A stretch of DNA of 64,000 nt, from positions 74,710,001-74,774,000 of the forward strand of contig OX597830.1 in NCBI GenBank assembly GCA_951406725.2, read 5' to 3'. This DNA is from Octopus vulgaris. Its lineage: Eukaryota. A program made the position numbers and the translations under genes. Below the pieces are notes generated by a model. It saw only the letters and a program-made list of their open reading frames with translations. It ran no database searches and was not told the DNA's origin. Shown one piece after another: positions 42,391 to 56,279 of this stretch. Position 1 is the first letter of the stretch, and the number at the start of each line of letters is the position of its first letter.

Positions 42391-42680
42391 TGTATATATA
42401 TAGATATATATATATATATATGCACACGCACACACACACACGACCGGGTGTGTGTCACATTTGTATATGCGGACGCGTAAAAACACAAGAGGCTTCTTCA
42501 AGAAGAAACTACTCCAAATGCTTGCTCGCAAGCAGTCAACTACAACCACACACTCATACACTGAGACACCCATACATAACTATACATACACACATATATA
42601 CACATACATACATACGTACGTCCCTACATACATAAATACATTCATGCATGCATACATACGTACGTACGTACGTACATACA

Positions 42681-42711
<31 letters not shown>

Positions 42712-43058
42712 GTACGTACGTACATACATACATATGTACGTACGTACATACATACATATGTACGTACGTACATACATAGATACGTACGTACGTACATACA
42801 TACATACACATGTATACGGACTCGTAGACACAAGAGGATACTGAAGAGGAAAGCAATTTGATGCAAATTAAGAAATAACAGTACTTATGCCACCCCACGC
42901 CAGCTTCACAAGCACAAACACGCAGTCACACACGCACACACGCTCATACTCACACACACATATATACACAAAAAGCGTCACATTCACATACATACATACA
43001 TAGTGTTGAAACTACCTCCCTCAAAAGTGCTCACATATTTTATGAAAATACCGATGTT

Positions 43059-43095
<37 letters not shown>

Positions 43096-43747
43096 AAGAG
43101 AAAGAAGAATACAGTGGGATGGATCGAGGTAGGGAGAGAGAAGAAGTGCTTGAGAGGAAGAATGAAGGATTGTGATGGACTGAAATAAGAGGAAAAACAA
43201 ATTAAGCAAAGGAAAAACAAATACCCAAAGAGGGTAAGCTGCAAGAAGGATGGAGAGAATGAAGGAAAAGAATTAAAATGAACAAGAGAAAAACACGTGA
43301 AATGAAGGCGTCAAATGAAAGAATTTGATGAAAAGAAAAGCACAAAAAAATGTGAGAGAGAAAGAAAGAAAATAAGGAAGGAAAAGAAAGAAGGAAGGAA
43401 GGAAGGAAGGAGTTGGGAACTATGGAGATAGAGAGTGAATGAAAGGTAAGAATTGAAAAGCGAGATAGATAGAGGAGAGGAGAATAACGGATGAAGGAGA
43501 AAACTAGAGAATGAAAGACAAGGAAGGAGAAATGGATTACATTAGTAAGGTTACTTGATGTTATAGACACACACATGTACAAAGACACACACAAACACAA
43601 CGAGTCCACATACACACATTAACCGAAACAAGTAAAAGACAGAGTACTCAATACCAGTGTTAGAGTATACATTATATATATGTAAGGGTCTGTGGATTGA
43701 TAGCTAGCTAGGCAGCTAACTAGATAGATATGTAGATAAACAGACAG

Positions 43748-43852
<105 letters not shown>

Positions 43853-44356
43853 TATCCGATTAGTTATAAAAAATTGGTGATACAATAATGCTTGAATTTA
43901 GCACAGAAAGATTATAATGGGAGCGATATGATTCAGTTAAAATGGTGCTATTGTTATGTAATATAGTCAGAACTTTAGGTATTTTCCCACCTTATGAGAA
44001 CTCTGATTATGAGAAACCAGAATAATGACAGTTTATGACATGGATCTTCGTTCACAAAAAATCTTATATTTCTCTCCACCTTCTAAATTCTAACATCTAC
44101 GCTTAGATTTCCTTTTTTCAAAGGAGATGACCTCTCGCTCGTAATATTTTTGTAAGGTAAAGGGTTATAATTCTGAACATAATTATGGACATATTTCGCT
44201 ACTGCCCCGTGCCACTTCTCCTCCATAAGCTTTAAGTCATATTGTAACATCTTTTATCCTTCACTCGCTCTGGGACGCTGGATGTGCTTCGGCAAATAAT
44301 CGTAACAAACATGCTGACTAAAAGTATATAATAATAAAAATAACAACAACAATAAT

Positions 44357-44751
44357 AATCCTTTTTACCAAAGTCATTAGGCCTGAAATTTTGGGGGAGG
44401 AGACCAGTTGAATACTTCAACCCTAGTGTTTCACTAGTACTGAATTTATCGACCCCTAAAGGATGAAAGCCAAAGTCGACCTTAGCGGAATTTGAACTCA
44501 AACCGTAAAAAGCCGGAAGAAATGCCGCTAAGCATTTTAAAATAATAATCCTTTAGAGTAAAGGTACAAAGCCTGAAATTTTAGGGAAGGGGACGAGTCG
44601 ATTTCATCGACCCCAATGTTACACTTGTTCTGAATTCATCTACCACGAAAGGATGAATGGCAAACTTGACCTCAGGGGAATTTGAGCTCAGAACGTAAAG
44701 ACGCTAAAAATTTCGTTCAGCATGCTAACGATTCTGCCAGTTCACCGCCTT
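44357..44751 (-). mobile_element. Two tandem SINE family B copies (tail type 2)
   Basis: 44357-44538 (5'-truncated) and 44547-44751 (complete head), each starting at aataatcctt. Confidence 0.9.
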
Positions 44752-44764
44752 CATGATGGTATTC

Positions 44765-44853
<89 letters not shown>

Positions 44854-44979
44854 CAACAACAGAACAACAACAACAACAACGATGACTTTATTTATTTGCT
44901 ACCAGGGCGTAACAATAAATGTCATGGACCGACGGAACAATGAGCGGTATCCGTTCTGACGCTCTTTGTTATATAAATG

Positions 44980-45058
<79 letters not shown>

Positions 45059-45132
45059 GTTTGTGCGAGTGAGTGTATCAAAAATTTCCACAGAATCCGT
45101 GTGCCAAATTCACTAACAAGGCGTTGGGCAGT

Positions 45133-45552
45133 ATAGGGCCATATCAGAAGACCCATGTCCAAGATGTTGTGCTGTGAAGCTGAGCTTCTTAATAAGACAG
45201 CCTTGTCTGCACCGAGGCAGGTAGCTTCAGATTACTAGAAATAGTTGCCATATACCCTTCAAATTACATTATATTAGGAATACAGGGACGACTTCTGTAA
45301 TGAGAGTGTAGATTCAAAATGTCTGCCTAGAAAAAAATGGGATAGGGCCATAATAGAAGACCGTGCCCAGGGTGTTATGCTGTGAAGCTGAACTTCTTAA
45401 TAAGACAGCCTTGTCTGCACCTAGGCAGGTAGCTTCAGATTACTAGAAATAGTTGACATAAACCCTTCAAGTTACATTATATTAGGAATACAGGGACGAC
45501 TTCTGCAATGAGAGTGTAGATTCAAAATGTCTGCCTAGAAAAAATGGGATAG
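45133..45552. repeat. Tandem duplication, 209-bp period, of a SINE A / family C junction
   Basis: Units start atagggccata at 45133 and 45342. Both contain gctgtgaagctga.cttcttaataagacagccttgtctgcacc...caaaatgtctgcctagaaaaaa. ATAG marks the boundaries. Confidence 0.93.
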
Positions 45553-46079
45553 TTGCGGCTGAAATATCTTTGATCATAGTTACATGCGATCAGAGCTCAG
45601 TTTCACCTCGTCTCCCACGTAAACACGCACACGTACACATACACGCACACATATAGAAAACTGCTTCAGGAACAACAACAATTACAATTACAACAACTGC
45701 GTATAGGTACTAATCAAATACAAAAAGTCGAACCGATCAAGTACTGAGTATCGATAAGACAAGTTTATGCTTACGCTCCCTCTTGTCCCACACCCCTTAC
45801 TTTACCTCAGTCAGAGATCAATGTCTATAATCACTGGTGTGCGTCTAATGAAATACAAGGAGGGAGAGAGAGAGAGAGAGAGAGAGAGACGGAAAGAGAG
45901 ATGGGAGAGAGGGAAAGATATATAAGAGGGAGAGAGAGAGAGAGAGAGAGAGCTAGCGTTATATGCATACACTTACACACATATACAAAAACATATGCAC
46001 ACGTATACACGCATATGTATACAAACACACACATATACATGTATACAGTCATATATATTTATATATTGTGTGTATATAC

Positions 46080-46155
<76 letters not shown>

Positions 46156-46221
46156 ATGCATACATACACACATACACACATACACATATATTTATATATA
46201 TGTATGTATATATTCTTATAT

Positions 46222-46270
46222 TCTATTACTTGTTCCAGTCATTTGACTGCGGCTATGCTGGAGCACCACT
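46222..46270 (-). mobile_element. SINE family A 3' terminal fragment
   Basis: ttacttgttccagtcatttgactgcggctatgctggagcaccac. Confidence 0.85.
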
Positions 46271-46327
<57 letters not shown>

Positions 46328-46387
46328 TATATGTATAATTGTATACATAATAATATCAAGAGGAAATTTTATAAAGTGCATAGATAG

Positions 46388-46442
<55 letters not shown>

Positions 46443-46450
46443 CTGACAGC

Positions 46451-46482
<32 letters not shown>

Positions 46483-46553
46483 CAGACAATAAGAGAGACA
46501 GACAGACAGATAAATAGATAGGTAGATAAATAGATAGACAGATAGATAGATAT

Positions 46554-46612
<59 letters not shown>

Positions 46613-46692
46613 TACATCCTGTCATTCCGTCATCATCATCCTACGTCTGCTTTCCTCTACTGGCATGGGTTACACACACACTCACACACAAA

Positions 46693-46748
<56 letters not shown>

Positions 46749-47505
46749 TTAGTGGCTGTAAGGGAGAGGGTTGACAATCCAGAACTAAAAATAGAGAAGC
46801 CAACATCGTGATGGCTGAACGAATAAAAGAGTTTGAGCGAGGAAAAACCCACCGTTCGGAATGGCGAGAACGTATTATTAGATATATATGAAAGATGAAT
46901 ATAAAATAACTAAATATATAACAAAAAAAAAAAAAAAGTATGGAAGGCCAAAAATTTGATTTGACATGGAACTAAGTATTTTTTTATTTCATTTTATTAG
47001 TATATTGGCTGATCTGTTTTTATTGCTTGTTTGTTTTTGTATTGTTATAGTTTTGTTAGGGAAGTTTAGAAGGACAGCGACCTGTCAGTCAAATGGAACA
47101 TCTAGCAGTATTTATTATAGATAGATTGCACCAAGATGTGTTTGAAGTAGCATATCCAGTTATGCTATGTTATGCTCTGTGTGTGTGTGTATTGTATCTG
47201 TATGTGTGCGTGTTTTTGTGTGTATGTTTACGTTTGTGTATGTATATACCTGTATGTATGTATGTTAATACATACGATGCTCATATATTTGAAAGTGTGA
47301 GAATGGCTCTAGTGTGATTGTCTGTATTACTGTCGTCTGTCTTTATTTCCCTCTCACACTCTCTCACCTTGTGTGTGTTTGTATATATATATATATATAT
47401 ATCTATATGTATGTATGTGTGTGCATGTGTGTATGTGCATGTATGCATCTATATATATGTGTGTATGTGTATGTATCTATATATATGTACATGTATGCGC
47501 ATATA

Positions 47506-47582
<77 letters not shown>

Positions 47583-47583
47583 T

Positions 47584-47624
<41 letters not shown>

Positions 47625-49444
47625 ATATATGTATATAATTGAAAAATTGAATAAAACTGCATGTATTTAGTACATTTTTCGTTGTTTATATATCGACATG
47701 ACAGATATATGTGAGTGAAAGTGAGACAGATTGTATATATTTATCAGATATATGGTATTTATACATCGCAGTTCGTTGGTATCTGCAGAAAAAGACATGG
47801 TTGCGTACTCATAGACATATACCTGGAAACAAAACCCCAAACTGAATTAGTGCTTTATTTTATCGTTCCTGAGCTCCGAGCTTAAAGTTCTTGGAATAAA
47901 AATCTGGAACAAATATCGCTCTAATTCTCCTTATAAAATATAGATTTTGTCTGGTGTGTGCGCGTGAGTGTGTGTGTCCGCGCTTGGGTGTGTGCGTGTG
48001 GGTGTGTCTGTGAGTGTGTTATAATTGTAATAAATCAAATTTGCCCCAAACATCTAAATTGCAAAGAAATATTATATAATATCTGCGTCTAATGATTCAA
48101 AATATTCTGTTTCTGAAAAGCTTTTGAAAAAGTGAAAGCAAAGTTTATTTGTTAAAATATAAAGTCTACAATGTTATCTTTAGCTCACACTGAGTTCTCT
48201 TTCTAGCGCTACTCTGCTTCATTCTCGATTGAAGAATTTCTCTATTTCTGGGCAAAATTTACAAATAGGAGATATGCAACTTACAGAAAGAACTAAATAA
48301 GAATGTCTAATTATATATGTGTATATGTATGTGTGTGTGTGAATGTATGTATATGCGTATATGTGTATATATCAATCAATATGTATATGTATGTATACAT
48401 ATATATATGCATAAATACATACGTACTTATATACACACATACATACTCACACACATACATACATGCATGCATACATACGTACATACATACATACATACAT
48501 ACATACATACATACATACATACATACATACATACATACATACATACATACATACATACATTACAAGCATGTACATGTCTGTAATCGTAAAACCTTAAATT
48601 GATTGTTATAAGAGTAACCGAACTATCGTACATACATTTTCATAATACGACATTTACAAACTCGAAACTTTAAACCCTTGCTTCACATTTGTTGCAATTT
48701 AAACTAATAAAAGATTATATTTAAGATAATGTATCCAATTATCAAAATATGCCAAAAAGAAAAGAAACATTAAGAATCATGTGTGATATTGATGGACAGT
48801 TGAATGTATAGGAATGCGGTTTCATGGTAAAAGGACTAAATAACCACTTAAGATAAAACTACATTGCCCAACAGCTGATCCAATCACATTGCCGTCCGCA
48901 TCTTTTCCATTTTCTTCTTTTCCCTTTCATCAGATTTCACATATAGCGTGGCTGGCGAAAAATACGTTTTGCGATTTGAAAAGTGTTTATTTCACCCCAC
49001 ACTTCTCATGTCAAATCAGCCCCCATTCTTTACCCTTCCCCATAGACCTCGAAACATCATCAAAATTTACAAGATTCCAGGGCATCCCCTACATAAATTT
49101 TCTGTCTATCTTCGTCTGTTCTGTTCTTCACTTGTGTTTTCCGCTCTCTCACACACAACCGAATACTTTTCTCTCATTCTTTCTCATCTCCTCTCTATCT
49201 CATCTTCTCTAAATCATACCCTCACAACATCTCTCTTTCTCTCTATTACATCTTCTCAATTTCCCCTCTATTTCTCGCCTCCTCCCTCTGTCTCTCCCTT
49301 TCTTACCCGCTCCCTGCTATTCTCTCACTCATTCTGTCTCTCTATTTCTCTATACATACTTGACTTTACCCCCATCTATTGTCATTTCAAATTATACTTG
49401 AAAACATTAAGGAGGCATTCATTCACTTAAGAAGGTAGAACACC

Positions 49445-50325
49445 TGCCCCTCCAGTTACCTTTAAGTCTACTCCACCCAACCAGACCTCTTTAAATCCAC
49501 TCCTCGCCCTAGTCCCCTTAAAAATCTTCTCTATCCCTCCATTCCTCTTTAAATCTCACTTGTCCTCTAGTCCCTTTAAATCTTCCCTAACTCTTCTGTC
49601 CACTTTAAATCTACCCTACCCTTCAGTCCCCTTTAAATATACCCCCCATGTTCCCTTTAAATCGACCCTGCCCCTTTAGTTCCTTGAAGTGTACTTTACC
49701 CTTCCACCCCCTTATATCTACTCTATGCCTCACGTCCCCTTAAAATCTATACTAGACCTCCAGTCCCGTTTAAAACTTCTCTAACTCTCTAATCCCCTTT
49801 AAACCTGCTCCACCCTCCAAACCCTTATCCTAACCCTCAAGTTCCCTTTAAATCTACTCTACCAGTCAAGACACCTTTAAATCTACTCTACTAGTTAAGA
49901 ACCCTTTAAATCTTCCATACCATCTAACTCCTTTAAATATACCATCCATCTCCAGTTTCCTTTACATCTACTCTACCTCTACATTTCCATTTATATTCTA
50001 CACAACACCGTCAGTCCTCTTTAAACCTGCTGTAACCCTCCAGTTCCCTTTAAACTTACTCTCCCAAACTAGTCCCCTAAAAATCTCTCTAAATCCCCTT
50101 TAAATCTTCACAACACCTTCAAACCATTTTAAGCTTTCTTTTGCCCCTCCAGTCCACTCAAATCATCATTATCCCTTTAACCCTAATCAGATCATCATCA
50201 TCCCTTTAAATCTACTATCACACCACCCCTATTGACCCCTATAAATTTACTATACCCATCAAGTTCACTTTAGATCTATCCTACTCCTTCACTCCCCTTT
50301 AAATCTTCTTTAACCCCTATACTTA
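49445..50325. repeat. Degenerate ~30-bp minisatellite, consensus about CCTTTAAATCTACYCTACCCTCCAGTCC
   Basis: CTTTAAA recurs roughly every 29-31 nt over about 880 bp, with strong C-over-G skew. Confidence 0.9.
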
Positions 50326-50993
50326 AATATATTCTTTACTGTAATGGGATCCATTTCTTTTGTATTTTCCACTCCACCCCCCGTTTGATTGATACTAAGG
50401 TGTCAGTTAGTGTACAAGAATCGTTGGTTATTATGAGTGGGTACAAAATCCTTTGTAATGTTTGTTTTTTTAAATCCATGGCTCAGTGTTAAAACAGTAC
50501 TCAGCCACTTACAGCTAATTCAATGAACTAGGTAGTTCAGTTGATCTGGGCATCTCCTGGCCACTTGATGTGAACAATTGAAGGTTCGTTGAAGCGGATA
50601 GCTCATACTTAGCTGACCCTGTAAATTCTAAGTTATTTCATCTATACAATCGTAATCGTTTGTTCCCGGACAACTCGTAATAAGTTGATCCAGACAACTC
50701 AGGATCATTTGAGTCAAGAAAACCCATGATCTATTTCATGGTCAGTTGAAGCAAACAATTCAAGGTCAGAAATTCTGCCAGAAATCTAAAACTGAAAATA
50801 CTGATAATCCTCAAACGAAAATCTTTGCGATATTTCTTCAGTTTTGGAGTACATACAACCCGTTGTCATTCTCATGAAGGAATTTACGTGAACCAGAAAC
50901 AATAGAGTTCGAATCTTGTAAAATAACAATGCTATTGTTCACCGATTGCATTACAAAATACCTAAAGCAATAATAATAATAATAATAATAATG

Positions 50994-51054
<61 letters not shown>

Positions 51055-51179
51055 AGAATAAAAAGTTTTGAATGGTACAACAATGCACTATGATATAGAC
51101 AATGGGCTATATACCTGTTGTAATTTAGTCATCCATAGTCTGATATGATATTTCGGAATAATATTCCTTCTTCAGGTAT

Positions 51180-51740
51180 TCTTAGATGGAGTCGCTTATA
51201 GGCATTTCGTCTGTCTCTACGAGCTGATCTCATCTTCCAACGAGACCGACTTTTCCTTTCAACCTTTCGTGACCGATAAAATAAGCACCGGTGCTCAGCT
51301 GGCGTCGATGTAATCCACTTACTCCGTCCCCTGAAAGTGCTGACCTTGTACCAAAATTTGAAACCAATTTTAGCTTCAAGTTATGGCACGAGACGAGCAA
51401 TTTGGGGTGAAAGGGACTCAACTGGTAATTATTTTATAGACCTTGAAATTATGAAAGCGACCCAAGCGATATTTAAACTCTGAACATAAAGCCAGAAGAA
51501 AGGCATTTTGTTCAAAGTGCTAGCGATTTTGCCAGCAGGCTGCCTTATAACAGTAATAAGTCTTTCGACTATTTGCACAAGGGCAAAAATTTTAGGAGGA
51601 CGGGTTAGTCGATTACATCGACCCCGTTTCTCAACTGGTCCCTATTTGATCGACCGCTAAATGTCCACATAGGCGTAATTTGAACTCCTAACATTAAATC
51701 GATACCTTTGCTGCCAAGCGTTTTGTTGAGTGTGCTAAAA
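51180..51740. mobile_element. Three degenerate SINE family B copies (one plus, two minus)
   Basis: 51180-51365 (+: cctttcaacctttcgtgaccgataaaataagcaccgg...ccaaaatttgaaacc), 51372-51547 (-) and 51560-51740 (-). Confidence 0.75.
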
Positions 51741-51744
51741 CATC

Positions 51745-51974
51745 TATTTCTTTACTGCCCACAAGGGGCTAAACACAGAGATGGGACAAAGCAGGACAGA
51801 CAAACGGATTAAGTCGATTACATCGACCCCAGTGCGTAACTGGTATTTAATTTATCGACCCCGAAAGGATGAAAGGTAAAGTCGACCTCGGCTGAATTTG
51901 AACTCAGAACGTAACGGCAGACGAAATACCGCTAAACATTTCGCCCGGCGTGCTAACGATTCTGCCAGCTCGCC
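51745..51974 (-). mobile_element. SINE family B, full length (tail type 1)
   Basis: Highly similar in reverse to 6238-6469 over the whole length. Confidence 0.95.
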
Positions 51975-52325
51975 GGGTTATGACAATACTTGTAAAATAG
52001 AACCACGACGAAGATTTATTTCATTGCTTGAGACAGGTTCTCACACTACTTGAATACATTGGGCTATTCCACTGAAATCTTGCGGTCTATTTTCTGCAGT
52101 TATGTGTCACTGCTGTGCTACTGCTGGTGCTGCTGTTGTCATTGCTACCGCTGCGTTGCTGCTGCCTGTTTTCGCGGCTTTATTTATTTGCTTCGTCTAT
52201 TAAGATATTTATTTTCATATTAGTTTGATGCACGGTGAGGAAAAAAAAAAAGTGAGGAAATGGAGCAGATATGACAAGTATGCCTAACGTGTGCTTATGT
52301 ATTTTATTGATAGCACGCGTACACC

Positions 52326-52397
<72 letters not shown>

Positions 52398-52670
52398 CAC
52401 ACACACACACACACACACGTAGCAACACGCACGTATCCACACTCATACGCACATACTGTAATGTAATTGATAGTAACATTGAAGTTTCGAAATTGAACTG
52501 CGAAATCAGACCCTATGTGTGTGTGTGTGTATACATTCATAGAGAGAGAGAGAGAGAGAGAGTGAGAGAGAGAGAGAGAGATGAGAGAGAGAGATGAAAG
52601 AGAGAGAGAGAGGGAGAGGGAAAGACTAGTAGACAGATAGATAGATATATTCTGTGCATGTGTTATATTG

Positions 52671-52711
<41 letters not shown>

Positions 52712-53107
52712 CACCTGTCTTCGTCTTTTTTTATTTCGTAAACTCTCCCTATATATATATATATATATCTGCCTATCTTTTAGTATGCATGTATGTATAT
52801 ATATGTTTGTATGCATATTTATATGTGTACATGTACATATGTGTGTGTGTGTGTGTGTGTGTTATATTAATCATATATTCCCTTGATCTATAAAGCTATT
52901 TTATCGCAAATATTTTCGTATTTCAATTGATACACAAACAGAAGTATAACAGGAGTGATCGAAACCGAATTTAAAACATTGCTTACAATCAAGGAATTTA
53001 AATAGTATTATAAGCTATTGATGACGACGATCACGACGACGACGACGACGACGACGATGATGATGATGATGATGATATTGACAACGGTAATAGTAGTAGT
53101 ATTAATG

Positions 53108-53201
<94 letters not shown>

Positions 53202-53218
53202 TAATAATGAAGATGATG

Positions 53219-53259
<41 letters not shown>

Positions 53260-53751
53260 CGTTTCTTTAATATTAAATAATATGATATTAATAATTCATT
53301 AAAAACATGTCTTAAAATGTAAGACATGTAAATGCTTTCAAGTCAGTCTGGGATGTCTTGTAATTTAAAATAACAGCCAAAAGATGTGATACCAGCCTCC
53401 CTCTCTCCCTCACCACACACACACACACACACACATACAACCACATACCCAAGCACATACACAAAAACAACACACCATTACAAAGAAAGACACTCACAAA
53501 GGTATATACATTTGTGTGTACATGTGTCTGCCTATATAAGTGTACAACACTGAAATGCACGTAAATATTTGAGCACATTTTATGAATGAAAGTATGGAAT
53601 AAGTGTGTATATGTGCGTGTGTGTTGGTGTGGTGGTGTATGCGTTGGTGTGTTTGTGTGTGTGTGTGTGTATTTTTGAGTGTTTAAAAGTTGTCAATGGT
53701 TTCTGATTTCTAAATCTCAAACACTCGGCTTATCAATGCGACAATTTTCCT

Positions 53752-53794
<43 letters not shown>

Positions 53795-53804
53795 GTGTAT
53801 ATTT

Positions 53805-53826
53805 ATACTTGCTTTAGTATAAATAA

Positions 53827-53858
<32 letters not shown>

Positions 53859-53908
53859 GGCCCCTGCACAAGGATGCGACGCGAATTCAAGAAGCGTTAC
53901 TTATTTTT
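53805..53908 (+). pseudogene. U6: U6 snRNA pseudogene, near full length
   Basis: TAAAATTGGAACGATACAGAGAAGATTAGCATGGCCCCTGCaCAAGGATG matches U6 (ACAGAGA 53842-53848, AGC 53854-53856) and ends GAAGCGTT...TATTTTT. The 5' stem-loop and 3' region carry several mutations, and the upstream DNA is (CA)n. Confidence 0.93.
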
Positions 53909-53914
53909 CCTATA

Positions 53915-54326
53915 TGCGCAGGAGTGGCTGTGTGGTAAGTAGCTTGCTTACCAATCACATGGTTCCGAGTTCAGTCCCACTGCGTGGCACCTTAGGCACG
54001 TGTCTTCTACTATAGCCTCAAGCCGACCAAATCCTTGTGAGTGGATTTGGTAGACGGAAACGGAAAGAAGCCCGTCGTATATATGTATGTATATGTATGT
54101 GTGTGTACATGTTTGTGTGTCTGCGTTTGTCCCCCCAACATCGCTTGACAACCGATGCTGGTGTGTTTACGTCCCCGTAATCTAGCGGTTCGGCAAAAAA
54201 GACCGATAAAATAAGTACTAGGCTTACAAAGAATAAGTCCTGGTGTCGATTTGCTCGATTAAGGGCGGTGCTCCAGCATGGCTACAGTCAAATGACTGAA
54301 ACAAGTAAAACAGTAAAGAGTAAGAG
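53915..54326 (+). mobile_element. SINE family A, full length
   Basis: gcgcaggagtggctgtgtgg through to gaaacaagtaaaacagtaaagagtaagag. Confidence 0.95.
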
Positions 54327-54350
54327 TATGTATGTACACGCACACATATA

Positions 54351-54405
<55 letters not shown>

Positions 54406-54738
54406 ATGTAAGCATGTATGTATGTAAACACAAGCAAGTGTGAAGAAGAAGGAAGAAAGTGGCGCTGGCACTCAACACATCCTGTAGGAGTTACACTTAT
54501 TAGTTATTTAATATAAGATTCGGCTCCATTCAACTTAACGTTTAATAGGCTCGATAGACGAACCTATCTCGTCAGGCACAGAGATGAGAACAATGATTTC
54601 CCTTCGCAAATACTAATCAGACACAGAGTGTCGTTAGCCAGCCGGAAGAGATGTCCTCTTGGGGCTAAAATGAACAGTAGCATCGTCCTCTATCGGACCG
54701 TCACATTTAGTTGGCAAATATACGTCACGATTCCCATG

Positions 54739-55100
54739 CTTTTACTCTTTTGTTTCAGTCATTTGACTGTGACCATGCTCGAGTACCGACTTTAGTCGAG
54801 CAAATCGATCCCAAGACATATTCAATGTAAGCCTAGTACTTATTCTATCGATCTCTTCTACCGAACCGCTAAGTTACGGGGACGTAAACACACCAGCATT
54901 GGTTGTCAAGCGATGTTGGTGGGACAAACACAGACACACAATCGTATATACACAGACATATATATATACATACATATATACAACGTGCTTCTTTCAGTTT
55001 TTGTCTAGCAAATCCACTCGCAAGGCTTAGGTCAGCCCGAGGCCATAGTAGAAGACACTTGCCCAAGGTTACACGCAGTGGGACTGAATCCAGAACCGTG
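54739..55100 (-). mobile_element. SINE family A, lacking the first ~40 nt
   Basis: Reverse complement of about 53958-54315. Confidence 0.92.
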
Positions 55101-55136
55101 TTTATTTCTCACTCAGAGATTTATATACATACATAT

Positions 55137-55180
<44 letters not shown>

Positions 55181-55186
<6 letters not shown>

Positions 55187-55299
55187 TATATAGAAGGAGC
55201 TTCTACAGGACTAGTACTGTTTCATTCAAGAGAAATCTTCAAGATTTCTCTTGAATGAAACAGTACTAGTCCTGTAGAAGCTCCTTCTATATAATAAAT
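55181..55299. repeat. Perfect 119-bp palindrome (59-bp arms, 1-nt centre at 55240)
   Basis: ATTTATTATATAGAAGGAGCTTCTACAGGACTAGTACTGTTTCATTCAAGAGAAATCTT-C followed by its exact reverse complement. Confidence 0.97.
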
Positions 55300-55363
55300 T
55301 AATTTTACTCTGCTATGTATTGAGTACCTTACTTACTGTGGTTAACCCCGTATCAACCCGGGA

Positions 55364-55455
<92 letters not shown>

Positions 55456-55706
55456 CAGATTTGTATGCATTTGTGCCGTCTTGTATGTACTTGTGCGTGC
55501 GTGTGTGCATGCACAGGCATGTGTGTATATGATATGTTCGCCTATGCGTTGTAATCCCAGGAAATTCCTACTGCTAAGCTGCGAGGAGGTGCCAGTCTAG
55601 ATTCCAACAATTCCGAGTAGCAGCAGTATCAGTAGAGTCAGTAATAATAATACACTCTTAATAGCGACACAAACAGCTGTAGCATGAGTAACGCAAGAAG
55701 CAATAC

Positions 55707-55845
<139 letters not shown>

Positions 55846-56173
55846 TTTTATTATGGTTGTTACCATTATAGAATAGCAATTGGCTATAGTGAATACGCTT
55901 CGTTATCGTCTTTTCTTCTTCTTCTTCTTCTTCTTCTTCTTCTTCTTCTTCTTCTTCTTCTCTCTCTCTCTCTCTCTCCTCCTACTCTTCCAATTTCTCT
56001 CGTTTTTGTCTTATTCTTCCTATCTGAACTTCGCTTTCTCTCTATGTATCGCTGTTTTTTGTTTTTTTTTGAGTTTTAAGAAATCGCAGTCTTTACTCTA
56101 CACATTTCTTTCTTTTTATCGTCCGTATGTATGTATGTATGTATGTATATATGTATGTATTTATGTATGTATG

Positions 56174-56207
<34 letters not shown>

Positions 56208-56245
56208 TGTATGTATGTATGTATTTATGTATGTATGTACGTATG

Positions 56246-56279
<34 letters not shown>

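Noticed and set aside
49445-50325. Possible CRISPR array or repeat-protein gene
   Set aside because: Units are contiguous and degenerate with no unique spacers and no cas genes, the context is eukaryotic, and no ORF of 60 aa or more exists.
53805-53908. Functional U6 gene
   Set aside because: The 5' stem-loop is disrupted, there are several 3' substitutions, and the upstream region is microsatellite with no recognisable promoter.
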